IMG/VR virus record: IMGVR_UViG_3300020335_000027
Location: 1 to 25,513 of that record
Origin: a virus
Lineage: Duplodnaviria; Caudoviricetes
Strand: one strand, 5' to 3'
Length of the DNA stretch: 25,513 nt
Positions 14,912 through 22,165 of this stretch are shown here, piece after piece. The position numbers were made by a program, and so were the translations under genes. The notes below the pieces were generated by a model, which made no database searches, had not been told where the DNA came from, and saw only the letters and a program-made list of their open reading frames with translations. The number at the start of each line of letters is the position of its first letter. Position 1 is the stretch's first letter.

Positions 14912-15109
14912 GCATGCATTGGCAAATACTTCTTTTATATTATCACCATTTAAATCTTTTGGTATTGGGAAACTAGTTACCCTACCATTTTCAGTATAGA
15001 CATTTAAACTGTCTCTAATCTTTAAAAAATAATATGTTCCTTGTGTGGGAAACATACGTGTGTCATCACCTATCCATAACGATCCTGCAATTATTAAACA
15101 TGTTAGCAT
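14894..15109 (-). CDS. Hypothetical protein (71 aa); the 3' end overlaps tRNA-Leu
   Basis: Strong AAGGAG RBS. The stop codon lies inside the tRNA-Leu D-arm. Confidence 0.6.
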   Translation of the reverse strand: MLTCLIIAGSLWIGDDTRMFPTQGTYYFLKIRDSLNVYTENGRVTSFPIPKDLNGDNIKEVFANACAPMVE

Positions 15110-15124
15110 TGCGCTCTCCTTATT

Positions 15125-15349
15125 TTATCCGCTTATATAAACCTCATTTTTTGGCCGGTACCACTCTTTTTGATTATGTAGTCTACCTAATAAATTATGT
15201 ATATTATTAATTTCGTAATCTATACGATTTATGCTTGAATTTTTCTTTACTTTTTCTCTGCTATCCGTCAATCTTTTTAGTCGATAAATCAATGAGGCTT
15301 CAATAATATCTATATCATTTAAATCTAAACTAAACTCATTGTTATACAT
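15125..15349 (-). CDS. Conserved phage hypothetical protein
   Basis: C-terminal motif LLGRLHNQKEWYRPK..VYISG. Confidence 0.75.
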   Translation of the reverse strand: MYNNEFSLDLNDIDIIEASLIYRLKRLTDSREKVKKNSSINRIDYEINNIHNLLGRLHNQKEWYRPKNEVYISG

Positions 15350-15531
15350 TAAGCTACTTTCACAAATTCTTCTACAACTTTAGCATTTAATATTTTGGCA
15401 ACTTCAAGTGCTTTGTCCCTATTATCAAATGTCAAATTAATTATAACCGGTGTTTTATATATCATATATCCTACTTCACCTGTCATGACAATTTGCTGGA
15501 CTATTTTATTATTTCTCATTAATTTATACAA
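15349..15531 (-). CDS. Hypothetical protein (60 aa)
   Basis: TTG start with AAGGA RBS, TAATG coupling. Confidence 0.6.
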   Translation of the reverse strand: MYKLMRNNKIVQQIVMTGEVGYMIYKTPVIINLTFDNRDKALEVAKILNAKVVEEFVKVA

Positions 15532-15547
15532 CTTGTTAATCCTTAAC

Positions 15548-15776
15548 TAATATTATGGTATTACTAATCGGCTTAAAATAGGTATTAATAATACCATTGT
15601 ATTATTAATTAATCAAAGAGGGCGCCTTCCTAGGTGCGCCCTCTTCTATCTGCATTTTACGTATGCAGCAACCGGCTGAGTTTCGCGGTATCAGCGAATG
15701 TACCGACCTATAAATTGGGGCCTCCAAAATCTATAGGGTTTCACTGAGTAATCGTTTAAACTTCATACTCAGTTTC
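15548..15776 (-). ncRNA. Candidate structured ncRNA downstream of tRNA-Arg
   Basis: Six consecutive stem-loops in an intergenic region that is partly GC-enriched and has no ORF of 60 aa or more. Confidence 0.5.
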
Positions 15777-15853
15777 TGGCGGACCCTAGAGGATTCGAAC
15801 CTCTGACCTAGTGCTTAGAAGGCACTTGCTCTATCCAGCTGAGCTAAGGGACC
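15777..15853 (-). tRNA. trnR: tRNA-Arg(TCT)
   Basis: Acceptor GGTCCCT/AGGGTCC-G-CCA with a T3xT70 mismatch. D-loop AGCTGGATA. Anticodon arm AGTGC-CTTCTAA-GCACT. Confidence 0.95.
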
Positions 15854-15862
15854 AATACTTAT

Positions 15863-15891
15863 ATTATATCACAGTTTGTTCAGTATGTAAA
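15863..15891 (-). promoter_or_regulatory. Sigma70-like promoter for tRNA-Arg/ncRNA
   Basis: TTTACA-N17-TATAAT ending 9 nt before the tRNA 5' end. Confidence 0.75.
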
Positions 15892-16100
15892 ATCATTTCT
15901 GGTCTTAATTTAGCATCTTGTTGCTGTTGACTGCCTGGAGCATCTAATTCAAAAGAATGAATACATGACTGATATTTTGGATTTCTCATAAGCTCAATGT
16001 TGCAAGCCTCTTGGGCTAGTTTTTTAGAACTAAATGTTCCAACTAAAATACTATGAGGATTTTCTGTATCAGTGTATACCATTTGTGCTACATAAATCAT
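15864..16100 (-). CDS. Hypothetical protein
   Basis: Start moved to ATG 16100 (ATGA overlap with the iscA stop). Confidence 0.65.
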   Translation of the reverse strand: MIYVAQMVYTDTENPHSILVGTFSSKKLAQEACNIELMRNPKYQSCIHSFELDAPGSQQQQDAKLRPEMILHTEQTVI

Positions 16101-16405
16101 ACTGCAAAACTTTCTCCACATCCACATTGAGCTGTTGCCTGTGGATTTTTTACAACTAAATAGTTTCCACCTAGTTCGGTTATATAATCAACCGTACAAC
16201 CAAATAAAAACATTTCAGCCATAGCATCTACAACCAAAGTACTATCTATAACTGTTCCCTTTGAGTCATCGTTTACATACGTCCAGTCATATTTAAATCC
16301 ACTACATCCCCCGCCTTTGACTTCAAGAAGTACATAATTTTTCTCGGCTAACGCTAGCTGAGTTATCATATATTCTTTTGCCTTTTCAGTGAGAGATACC
16401 ATCAT
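16097..16405 (-). CDS. iscA: A-type Fe-S cluster carrier, IscA/SufA/HesB family
   Basis: SLTEKA, VKGGGCSGFKY and NPQATAQCGCGESF. Confidence 0.93.
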   Translation of the reverse strand: MMVSLTEKAKEYMITQLALAEKNYVLLEVKGGGCSGFKYDWTYVNDDSKGTVIDSTLVVDAMAEMFLFGCTVDYITELGGNYLVVKNPQATAQCGCGESFAV

Positions 16406-16653
16406 TCCTGTATATATTCCAATAGTTCTTGATTGCTAGTTTCTAAAACAACGAAATGACCAAAATATTTTTCAAATACTTTTACTAATTTATAGTAATC
16501 TGTACCTGCACACATTTCAGACATAATGGGAGATGCTTTCATCCCCATTGAATGCGCGTATTGTTTTGCTACACCCATTAAATAAAATGCGTTACCATTA
16601 GGACCATCAAGGTCAATAACTATCTCAGAAGCTCGTGTTGATTTGCGAATCAT
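16402..16653 (-). CDS. Conserved phage hypothetical protein (IDL.GP.GNAF.L.G motif)
   Basis: Start moved to ATG 16653. Confidence 0.75.
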   Translation of the reverse strand: MIRKSTRASEIVIDLDGPNGNAFYLMGVAKQYAHSMGMKASPIMSEMCAGTDYYKLVKVFEKYFGHFVVLETSNQELLEYIQE

Positions 16654-16654
16654 A

Positions 16655-16777
16655 TTAAGGCACCGAATACATAAGGATTTCAAGATATTTGCACAATGCG
16701 CAAAAGGCTAAGAACCATACAATACTTTTAAACGTATCTGAAATGGTATCAATAAAAATTTTGATAGCTTCTATCAT
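16655..16777 (-). CDS. Small membrane peptide (40 aa)
   Basis: Read by hand. ATGA coupling. Confidence 0.5.
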   Translation of the reverse strand: MIEAIKIFIDTISDTFKSIVWFLAFCALCKYLEILMYSVP

Positions 16778-16884
16778 TTTTTAGAGTCTGCCCATGCATG
16801 TTTCATACCAAGAACATAGCCAATCACAAAAGCTGAGATTGACATTGTGCAAGCAATGAGGGTGATACTAACTTGATAATCCAT
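16774..16884 (-). CDS. Small membrane peptide (36 aa)
   Basis: Read by hand (MDYQVSITLIACTMSISAFVIGYVLGM...). TAATG coupling. Confidence 0.55.
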   Translation of the reverse strand: MDYQVSITLIACTMSISAFVIGYVLGMKHAWADSKK

Positions 16885-17126
16885 TATACATTACCCTCTT
16901 TAGTGTGAACTAAGATTTGTGGACCAAGAGCAATTGCAAAACCGTTATATTCGGTTTCATATACACTATTCTGTGGTTCATAACGAGGATCAACCACTTT
17001 AGCTTGAACCATCGATACAGACTGTTCGCCTTGAACGTCCGGTGCATGAATGCGTAGAAGCTCATTAACGATTGCTGATTTTACTAGAATTACTGGCTGT
17101 GGGGTATTTGCATTAATCATCATCAT
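16884..17126 (-). CDS. Hypothetical early protein
   Basis: AAGGAG RBS after promoter copy 6. The true start may be the second or third Met. Confidence 0.7.
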   Translation of the reverse strand: MMMINANTPQPVILVKSAIVNELLRIHAPDVQGEQSVSMVQAKVVDPRYEPQNSVYETEYNGFAIALGPQILVHTKEGNV

Positions 17127-17143
17127 CTCCTTTTGATATTACC

Positions 17144-17184
17144 ATACTACCATAGTTTTAAGGCAATGTACACAGTTAAATGCG
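17144..17184 (-). promoter_or_regulatory. Repeated early promoter, copy 6
   Basis: CGCATTT-N5-TGTACA-N17-TAGTAT. The CGCATTT is part of a hairpin at 17178-17198. Confidence 0.8.
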
Positions 17185-17201
17185 GCATAATCGCATTTTT
17201 T

Positions 17202-18218
17202 TTAATCTTGTTTATGGATCGTGCAATGATGTACATCGATTCTATGATGATCGTCATCGCCCTGATCTGGTAGTGTATGATAATGATGTGTAGTATGCGA
17301 ATATTTTAACTGTGTTCCAGGTGGAAGTACAGTTTCTGCTTCAGCAGCATGTGTGTTACCTTCTACGCCACTCATATGAATACCTTTATCACTAGCTTTA
17401 GCGTCAATGTGAAGCATATGTTTAGTTGTTTTACCTACATATTGAGTATCCGTATTTTTATTTAAAGGTCTAACATGCTCATTCTCGTGTCCGGAATGAA
17501 TTGCAAATCCAGCTGCGGTGTGCACATCATGAGTACCACAAACATGAGCCGATGAACGAACAACACCATCTGTATGTTTTTCTGCATGTTTGATAGCTTG
17601 TACAAATGAAGGATGAACACCAGAATAAAGATGTACCCTATGGCCAAGAGGTTTAGCTGCGGTTTTAAGATGTTCTGCAGTGTCTTTATCTTGACCAACA
17701 AGTGCATGTGGATGGTACTCACCCAATTTTTTATTTTCTGTCTTATGTTTGTGCTCAGCGATGTAATGTCGAGCTATCTGACTAGACGCCCATTTTTTAC
17801 CATCGCCAACTGTGTCAGATTTTCCAGTTGTAAAATGACGAAAAGCTTTGTGTTGCGCTGGTGTCATTTTTTGTTCAAGTTTACTTGATAAAGAGCCTAC
17901 TTCTTCTATGTTAGATCCACGATGTGCTGTGCTGAGTTCATGACCAGTTTCACCGTAAATATTTTCATTAAATTGAGCATCATCCATATGTGTTCTTTTC
18001 TTATTATCATGTAAGTCATTGCGAGGTTCGTGATGTTGATGATCGACCCGTTTTTCTGTTTTTGCTTGCTTAAAACCGGTAGTATCAAATCCTTCAAATA
18101 TACCTCTTTCAATTCTCTTTGTTCTAGGAGTTTTGTCACCTATAGCTTTACTGAGAGTAACTACACCATTGCTCATATAAAAGCCCTGATCTTTTATAAA
18201 TGAGTTGAATCTTTCCAT
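17202..18218 (-). CDS. His-rich ADP-ribosyltransferase-fold protein (Alt/VIP2-like), paralog D
   Basis: LYSGV / HVCGT / EAETVLPPG occupy the R, STS and ExE positions. 40 His in 338 aa by hand count. Confidence 0.7.
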   Translation of the reverse strand: MERFNSFIKDQGFYMSNGVVTLSKAIGDKTPRTKRIERGIFEGFDTTGFKQAKTEKRVDHQHHEPRNDLHDNKKRTHMDDAQFNENIYGETGHELSTAHRGSNIEEVGSLSSKLEQKMTPAQHKAFRHFTTGKSDTVGDGKKWASSQIARHYIAEHKHKTENKKLGEYHPHALVGQDKDTAEHLKTAAKPLGHRVHLYSGVHPSFVQAIKHAEKHTDGVVRSSAHVCGTHDVHTAAGFAIHSGHENEHVRPLNKNTDTQYVGKTTKHMLHIDAKASDKGIHMSGVEGNTHAAEAETVLPPGTQLKYSHTTHHYHTLPDQGDDDHHRIDVHHCTIHKQD

Positions 18219-19141
18219 TACTTACTCCCGTCGTGATGAATTTCAAAATGATCAACATGATGTTCTGTAGTATGTTCATCATAACTGCCATCCATATTTC
18301 TAGAAGCATGTTTGACGTAGTGCTTTGTAGTACCGATATGTTTTAATTTATCTTTAACTAAAACTTCCCTCTCTTCTTTCCATGTGCTATTATGTTCAGT
18401 ACTAAGAACTTTGTCTTTCGGTTTTGCATGTATGCACATGTAATGATGTTTACCATATGGCTGTTTTACTCCATCAGGACCTTTAGTCTTTTTAGCTGCA
18501 AAGGTCTGTCCAACATCTTTATCTAACGTAGTAGATACGTGGCCCCCACCTGGATGAATTATACCGTCTTTCGATTTTTTTACTGCTTTGCTAACTCTAG
18601 AAGATACTCCAGCCCATAGCTTGAAATGTCCTCCCATAGGATGATAAGCATCACTCAAATGTTTATGCATTACATCATGCCTAGCTCTTTCCTTGTCATC
18701 AGGAATTCCATTCATGCCATCCCAATGGTGGTCTGGAACTTTTCTACGAGACTTTAATGTGTGCTTTTCGATTAAATGTTTATTAAATCTTTCTGAAAAT
18801 CGCGTATATTCTTTGATAGAGTGTTTTTGATCACGGCTTAAAGGTTTTTTCTCTTGATGCTTTTCATGATGCTTCAATAATTGATCTGACTTTTCTTCAA
18901 CATGTTCGTCATTTTCTATTTCATCATCATCATCATGAATCGATTTATGACTCCAATTCAGCCAGCTTTTGTTTTTAGCCATATGTTTGACATCAGAAGC
19001 ATCTTCTTTAACAACTTTTTTAGGCTTATTGATACTTTTAGGTTTATCACCATGGCCTAAAATATCAGTGAATACAGCAACGCCGTCATCATCAATATAA
19101 TAACCTTCAGCTTCTTTTGAATGCTGTTTAAATGTTTTCAT
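18218..19141 (-). CDS. His-rich ADP-ribosyltransferase-fold protein, paralog C
   Basis: MKTFKQ leader, then SIKEYT..SERFNKHL, LWAGV, HVSTTL and EEREVL. Confidence 0.72.
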   Translation of the reverse strand: MKTFKQHSKEAEGYYIDDDGVAVFTDILGHGDKPKSINKPKKVVKEDASDVKHMAKNKSWLNWSHKSIHDDDDEIENDEHVEEKSDQLLKHHEKHQEKKPLSRDQKHSIKEYTRFSERFNKHLIEKHTLKSRRKVPDHHWDGMNGIPDDKERARHDVMHKHLSDAYHPMGGHFKLWAGVSSRVSKAVKKSKDGIIHPGGGHVSTTLDKDVGQTFAAKKTKGPDGVKQPYGKHHYMCIHAKPKDKVLSTEHNSTWKEEREVLVKDKLKHIGTTKHYVKHASRNMDGSYDEHTTEHHVDHFEIHHDGSK

Positions 19142-19178
19142 GATTCGTGCCTTTTATGAATGATCCAAATCTTTCCAT
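19128..19178 (-). pseudogene. 16-codon remnant of the paralog D N-terminus (MERFGSFIKGTNHENI)
   Basis: ATCTTTCCATTACTTA is present at both 18209-18224 and 19169-19184. The translation matches MERFNSFIK. Confidence 0.7.
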
Positions 19179-19181
19179 TAC

Positions 19182-20117
19182 TTATTTCCTTTGTAATGAA
19201 TTTCGAACCGTCGTCAGGTTCTTTTTTAAAAAATGTAAATATTTATTTTTTGGTTTACTCTCGTCGTGATGAATTTCGAAATGATCAACATGATGTCGGA
19301 TGTCGCCTGTGGTATAGCCAGTCTTTTCGTAGTGTGTTGTAGTGCCTATATGTTTTAATTTATCTTTAACTAAAACTTCTCTCTCCTCTGGGTGCGAGCC
19401 ATGTTTTTCAGTACTAAGACCCTTGTCGTGCGGTTTTACATGTATACACATGTAATGATGTTGGCCCGTATGGTTCCCCCAGTCAGTCTTTTTAGTTGCA
19501 AATTGGTGAGCGATGTGTTTGGCCAGTGAAGTAGATACATGTCCTCCGCCTGGATGAATTATACCATCTTTTGATTTTCTTACTGCTTCGCTAACTCTAG
19601 AAGATACTCCAGCCCATAGTTTATGATGTCCTCCAAGAGAATGATAAGCCCCGCTCAAATGTTCGTGCATTTCATCATGCGCAGCTCTTTCCTTGTCATC
19701 AGGACGTCCTTTCGTTTTGGCCCAATGATTGTCTGACTCTTCTCTACGCCAACGCGTGCCTGCATGCTTTTCGATTAAATGTTTATTAAATCTTTTTGAA
19801 TCATTTGAATACGATTTTATCGCTTTTTTTTGAGCATTACTTAAAGGATTTTCTTCTTGATGCTTTTGATGATGCTGCAATAATTGATGAGACTTTTCTT
19901 CAACGTGTTTATCATTACCTATTTTTGACCAATTGGTGTTTTTAGCCATATCTTCGACGTCAGAAGCATCTTCTTTAACAACTTTTTTAGGCTTATCACT
20001 ACTTCTAGACTTATCGCCGTGTCCTAAAATATCAGTGAATACGGCAACGCCGTTATCATCAATATAATAACCTTTATCTTCTTTTGATTCTTTTGAATAC
20101 TGTTTAAACGTCTTCAT
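19182..20117 (-). CDS. His-rich ADP-ribosyltransferase-fold protein, paralog B
   Basis: MKTFKQ leader, then AIKSYS..SKRFNKHL, LWAGV, HVSTSL and EEREVL. Shares long identical DNA blocks with paralog C. Confidence 0.72.
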   Translation of the reverse strand: MKTFKQYSKESKEDKGYYIDDNGVAVFTDILGHGDKSRSSDKPKKVVKEDASDVEDMAKNTNWSKIGNDKHVEEKSHQLLQHHQKHQEENPLSNAQKKAIKSYSNDSKRFNKHLIEKHAGTRWRREESDNHWAKTKGRPDDKERAAHDEMHEHLSGAYHSLGGHHKLWAGVSSRVSEAVRKSKDGIIHPGGGHVSTSLAKHIAHQFATKKTDWGNHTGQHHYMCIHVKPHDKGLSTEKHGSHPEEREVLVKDKLKHIGTTTHYEKTGYTTGDIRHHVDHFEIHHDESKPKNKYLHFLKKNLTTVRNSLQRK

Positions 20118-20899
20118 GATTTGTGTCTTTTAAAGTGATCTATAATATGTCTGCGACCTACACCACCTAGGTGTCTTGTAGTTCCTACATGTTTCCATAC
20201 ACTATGCGGTTTAATAGTAACTTCGTGTTCATCTGTATAATTTGGATCAGGATACACGGCGGTATGCGGATGAACATGACACACCTCATCGTCCTTATCG
20301 ATATGATAAGCAGCATAATGCAGATTATCTCCACTTATATCAGTATGCTTTTTTAAGTCTGCAAATTGTGTAGCGCCTGCAGGATGAACTGAAGCAGATA
20401 TGTGTGTATGCGACGTATGCAATTTGTCAGGAGAAGCTTTCATATTCTTATGAACTCTATTACTTACTCCAGCATATGCCACAAAACTAGTACCAGCTTT
20501 TCGATAGCCTTTCATCATATCATCGTGAACACTCATATCTTCTTCTGGATGAGGTAATGGTTTGTTTTGATGTTTTGCAATTAAGTTTTGATTGAGTTCA
20601 CGAGAGCCGGCTGAATAGCTTTTAATACCGGCCTTAGTTTTATCACTTAGCTTTGGTGATGTACGCTCTAGTTTGTCATGAATACTATCTGCGGTTAGAT
20701 CATGTTGATGATTACCGGTTTTATGATGAAGAAATAGAGGATTATGCTTTTTACCATCTATTTCTGGTCCAAATTCTTCTGAAACATTTTTGCTATTTCG
20801 AGGTCTATGATTACCAATAAGATCAAGAATGACAGTTACGCCATCCTTGTTAATATAATACCCTTTGTCTTCTTTTGAATGCTGTTTAAACGTCTTCAT
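20114..20899 (-). CDS. His-rich ADP-ribosyltransferase-fold protein, paralog A
   Basis: Start moved to MKTFKQ (ATG 20899). GIKSYSAGSRELNQNL, AYAGV, HISAS and DEHEVTI. Confidence 0.72.
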   Translation of the reverse strand: MKTFKQHSKEDKGYYINKDGVTVILDLIGNHRPRNSKNVSEEFGPEIDGKKHNPLFLHHKTGNHQHDLTADSIHDKLERTSPKLSDKTKAGIKSYSAGSRELNQNLIAKHQNKPLPHPEEDMSVHDDMMKGYRKAGTSFVAYAGVSNRVHKNMKASPDKLHTSHTHISASVHPAGATQFADLKKHTDISGDNLHYAAYHIDKDDEVCHVHPHTAVYPDPNYTDEHEVTIKPHSVWKHVGTTRHLGGVGRRHIIDHFKRHKS

Positions 20900-20996
20900 C
20901 TTCGTCGCCATCCTCGCCATACGGATATTTAAAATGGATAGGTTCAAGGATAACTGCTACACCGTCGTCATCAATATAAAAGCCTTCTTCTTCCAT
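20886..20996 (-). CDS. 36-aa acidic peptide consisting of the shared leader motif (MEEEGFYIDDDGVAVILEPIHFKYPYGEDGDEDEDV)
   Basis: Read by hand. AGGA RBS; first ORF after the late promoter. Confidence 0.7.
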   Translation of the reverse strand: MEEEGFYIDDDGVAVILEPIHFKYPYGEDGDEDEDV

Positions 20997-21021
20997 AATT
21001 ATTTTCCTAGATATTTTATTC

Positions 21022-21029
21022 TATTTATA
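21022..21029 (-). promoter_or_regulatory. T4-type late promoter TATAAATA heading the His-rich array
   Basis: Exact TATAAATA 25 nt upstream of the ATG at 20996. Confidence 0.75.
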
Positions 21030-21276
21030 AGTTTATACCCTTTAAGTTAGCTTCATCAAGGATATTCTTAATCATCTTAAGAGCTAGTTCAACTTCATCT
21101 TCATCAAGGCATTCAAGATGACCGGAATATGCATCCGCGATAAACATATCGATGATTTTTTCTTTATCAAACTTTGGCTGATGATAACCCGCTAAAAGCG
21201 CATGAACACATAGCTCATCCGCTCCGGTTGTAGGCACTGGACCTCCATCTCGAAATGAGTTTAAGAAATCTTCCAT
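21025..21276 (-). CDS. Hypothetical protein (83 aa)
   Basis: TAATG coupling. Confidence 0.65.
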   Translation of the reverse strand: MEDFLNSFRDGGPVPTTGADELCVHALLAGYHQPKFDKEKIIDMFIADAYSGHLECLDEDEVELALKMIKNILDEANLKGINL

Positions 21277-21377
21277 TAATAAATTCCCCCTGGAATTAAG
21301 AAATAATCGATAGCAATCATTACAGCTGCAAGATAAAAGCCATATAATACAACATCAAATGTATCTAAGTTTTTCAT
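21276..21377 (-). CDS. Small membrane peptide (33 aa)
   Basis: Read by hand. Coupled at both ends. Confidence 0.55.
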   Translation of the reverse strand: MKNLDTFDVVLYGFYLAAVMIAIDYFLIPGGIY

Positions 21378-21535
21378 GATTTAACCTTTTCTAAGTTTTT
21401 CATTTCGATAAGAGCATGACCTTCACGATGATACTCATTACAAAATTTAACAGCCATCGTTTTATTTATATTAGACGACCATGCAACGAGGGTTTTAACG
21501 CCCTCGATCCAGTCGTAGCAACGAACTTCATACAT
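21374..21535 (-). CDS. Small hypothetical protein (53 aa, MYEVRCYDWIEG...)
   Basis: Read by hand. TGATG coupling. Confidence 0.6.
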   Translation of the reverse strand: MYEVRCYDWIEGVKTLVAWSSNINKTMAVKFCNEYHREGHALIEMKNLEKVKS

Positions 21536-22044
21536 CAATAATCTTCCTCTTCGTCTTCGAACATTTCATTTAAATGGTCTTCGCAAGAGTCACATATATG
21601 ACCATCAAATTGATCTAATTCATCACCACATTCTTCGCAAAATTGTTGCTCTTCCTCTTCGGCATCAAACATGCTTTCAGTATTAAGCTCTGTTTCTAGA
21701 CCAGGATTCTTGATGATGTGAAAGAGAGTCTGATCAATAGCACTTTCAACCGCTTTCTGGAATGTATCACCATTGTAATTGCCTTCATAAAGACGACCAC
21801 GTGTAAATGGATAGATTATTTTATGAGTAGCAGCATCGATACAATCGTGGTTGAGAAGAAAGTTAGCAGCGCCTGAGCTGTTATTTCCCATGCCGTTATT
21901 ATATAGCTCATGTCCTAAGCGGCTAACGCTCCGGATCATTTCGCCTGCTACAGTATCGGCATCGCCGGTACCTGGCATTAGATTAACCAAACGAGCATAG
22001 TCTGATTGAAACCGGCCTTTGCCTGAGTAATAAGTATTTTCCAT
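21535..22044 (-). CDS. Early protein with a C-terminal CxxC...CxxC zinc ribbon and acidic tail
   Basis: Start ATG 22044 with AAGGAG RBS. Motifs GEMIRSVSRL..E.YNNG and CEECG....CDSC. Confidence 0.75.
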   Translation of the reverse strand: MENTYYSGKGRFQSDYARLVNLMPGTGDADTVAGEMIRSVSRLGHELYNNGMGNNSSGAANFLLNHDCIDAATHKIIYPFTRGRLYEGNYNGDTFQKAVESAIDQTLFHIIKNPGLETELNTESMFDAEEEEQQFCEECGDELDQFDGHICDSCEDHLNEMFEDEEEDY

Positions 22045-22068
22045 AGTATATCTCCTTTTGTTGATACC

Positions 22069-22161
22069 TTTATACCATAAGTAGAGATCAATGTACATAA
22101 AAAAATGCGCTGAAAAGCGCATTAATTTAGTATTAGATAACAGTGTGACATTTATGTTACA
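22069..22161 (-). promoter_or_regulatory. Early promoter copy 7, with upstream hairpin and 18-bp operator
   Basis: TGTACA-N17-TATAAA. Hairpin at 22104-22123. TGTGACATTTATGTTACA at 22144-22161. Confidence 0.78.
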
Positions 22162-22165
22162 TTAA

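Noticed and set aside
14763-14999. 78-aa plus-strand ORF
   Set aside because: It is the antisense reading of two tRNA genes.
15675-15776. Hammerhead ribozyme or tmRNA in the structured region
   Set aside because: There is no CUGANGA core in the right context, and no tRNA-like domain or tag reading frame.
20900-20947. N-terminal extension MNLSILNIRMARMATK of paralog A in the ORF track
   Set aside because: The paralogs start at MKTFKQ, and this stretch is better explained as the 36-aa peptide in another frame.
3458-22161. Dispersed repeats interpreted as a CRISPR array or IS ends
   Set aside because: They are irregularly spaced kilobases apart, have promoter geometry, and no cas or transposase genes are present.
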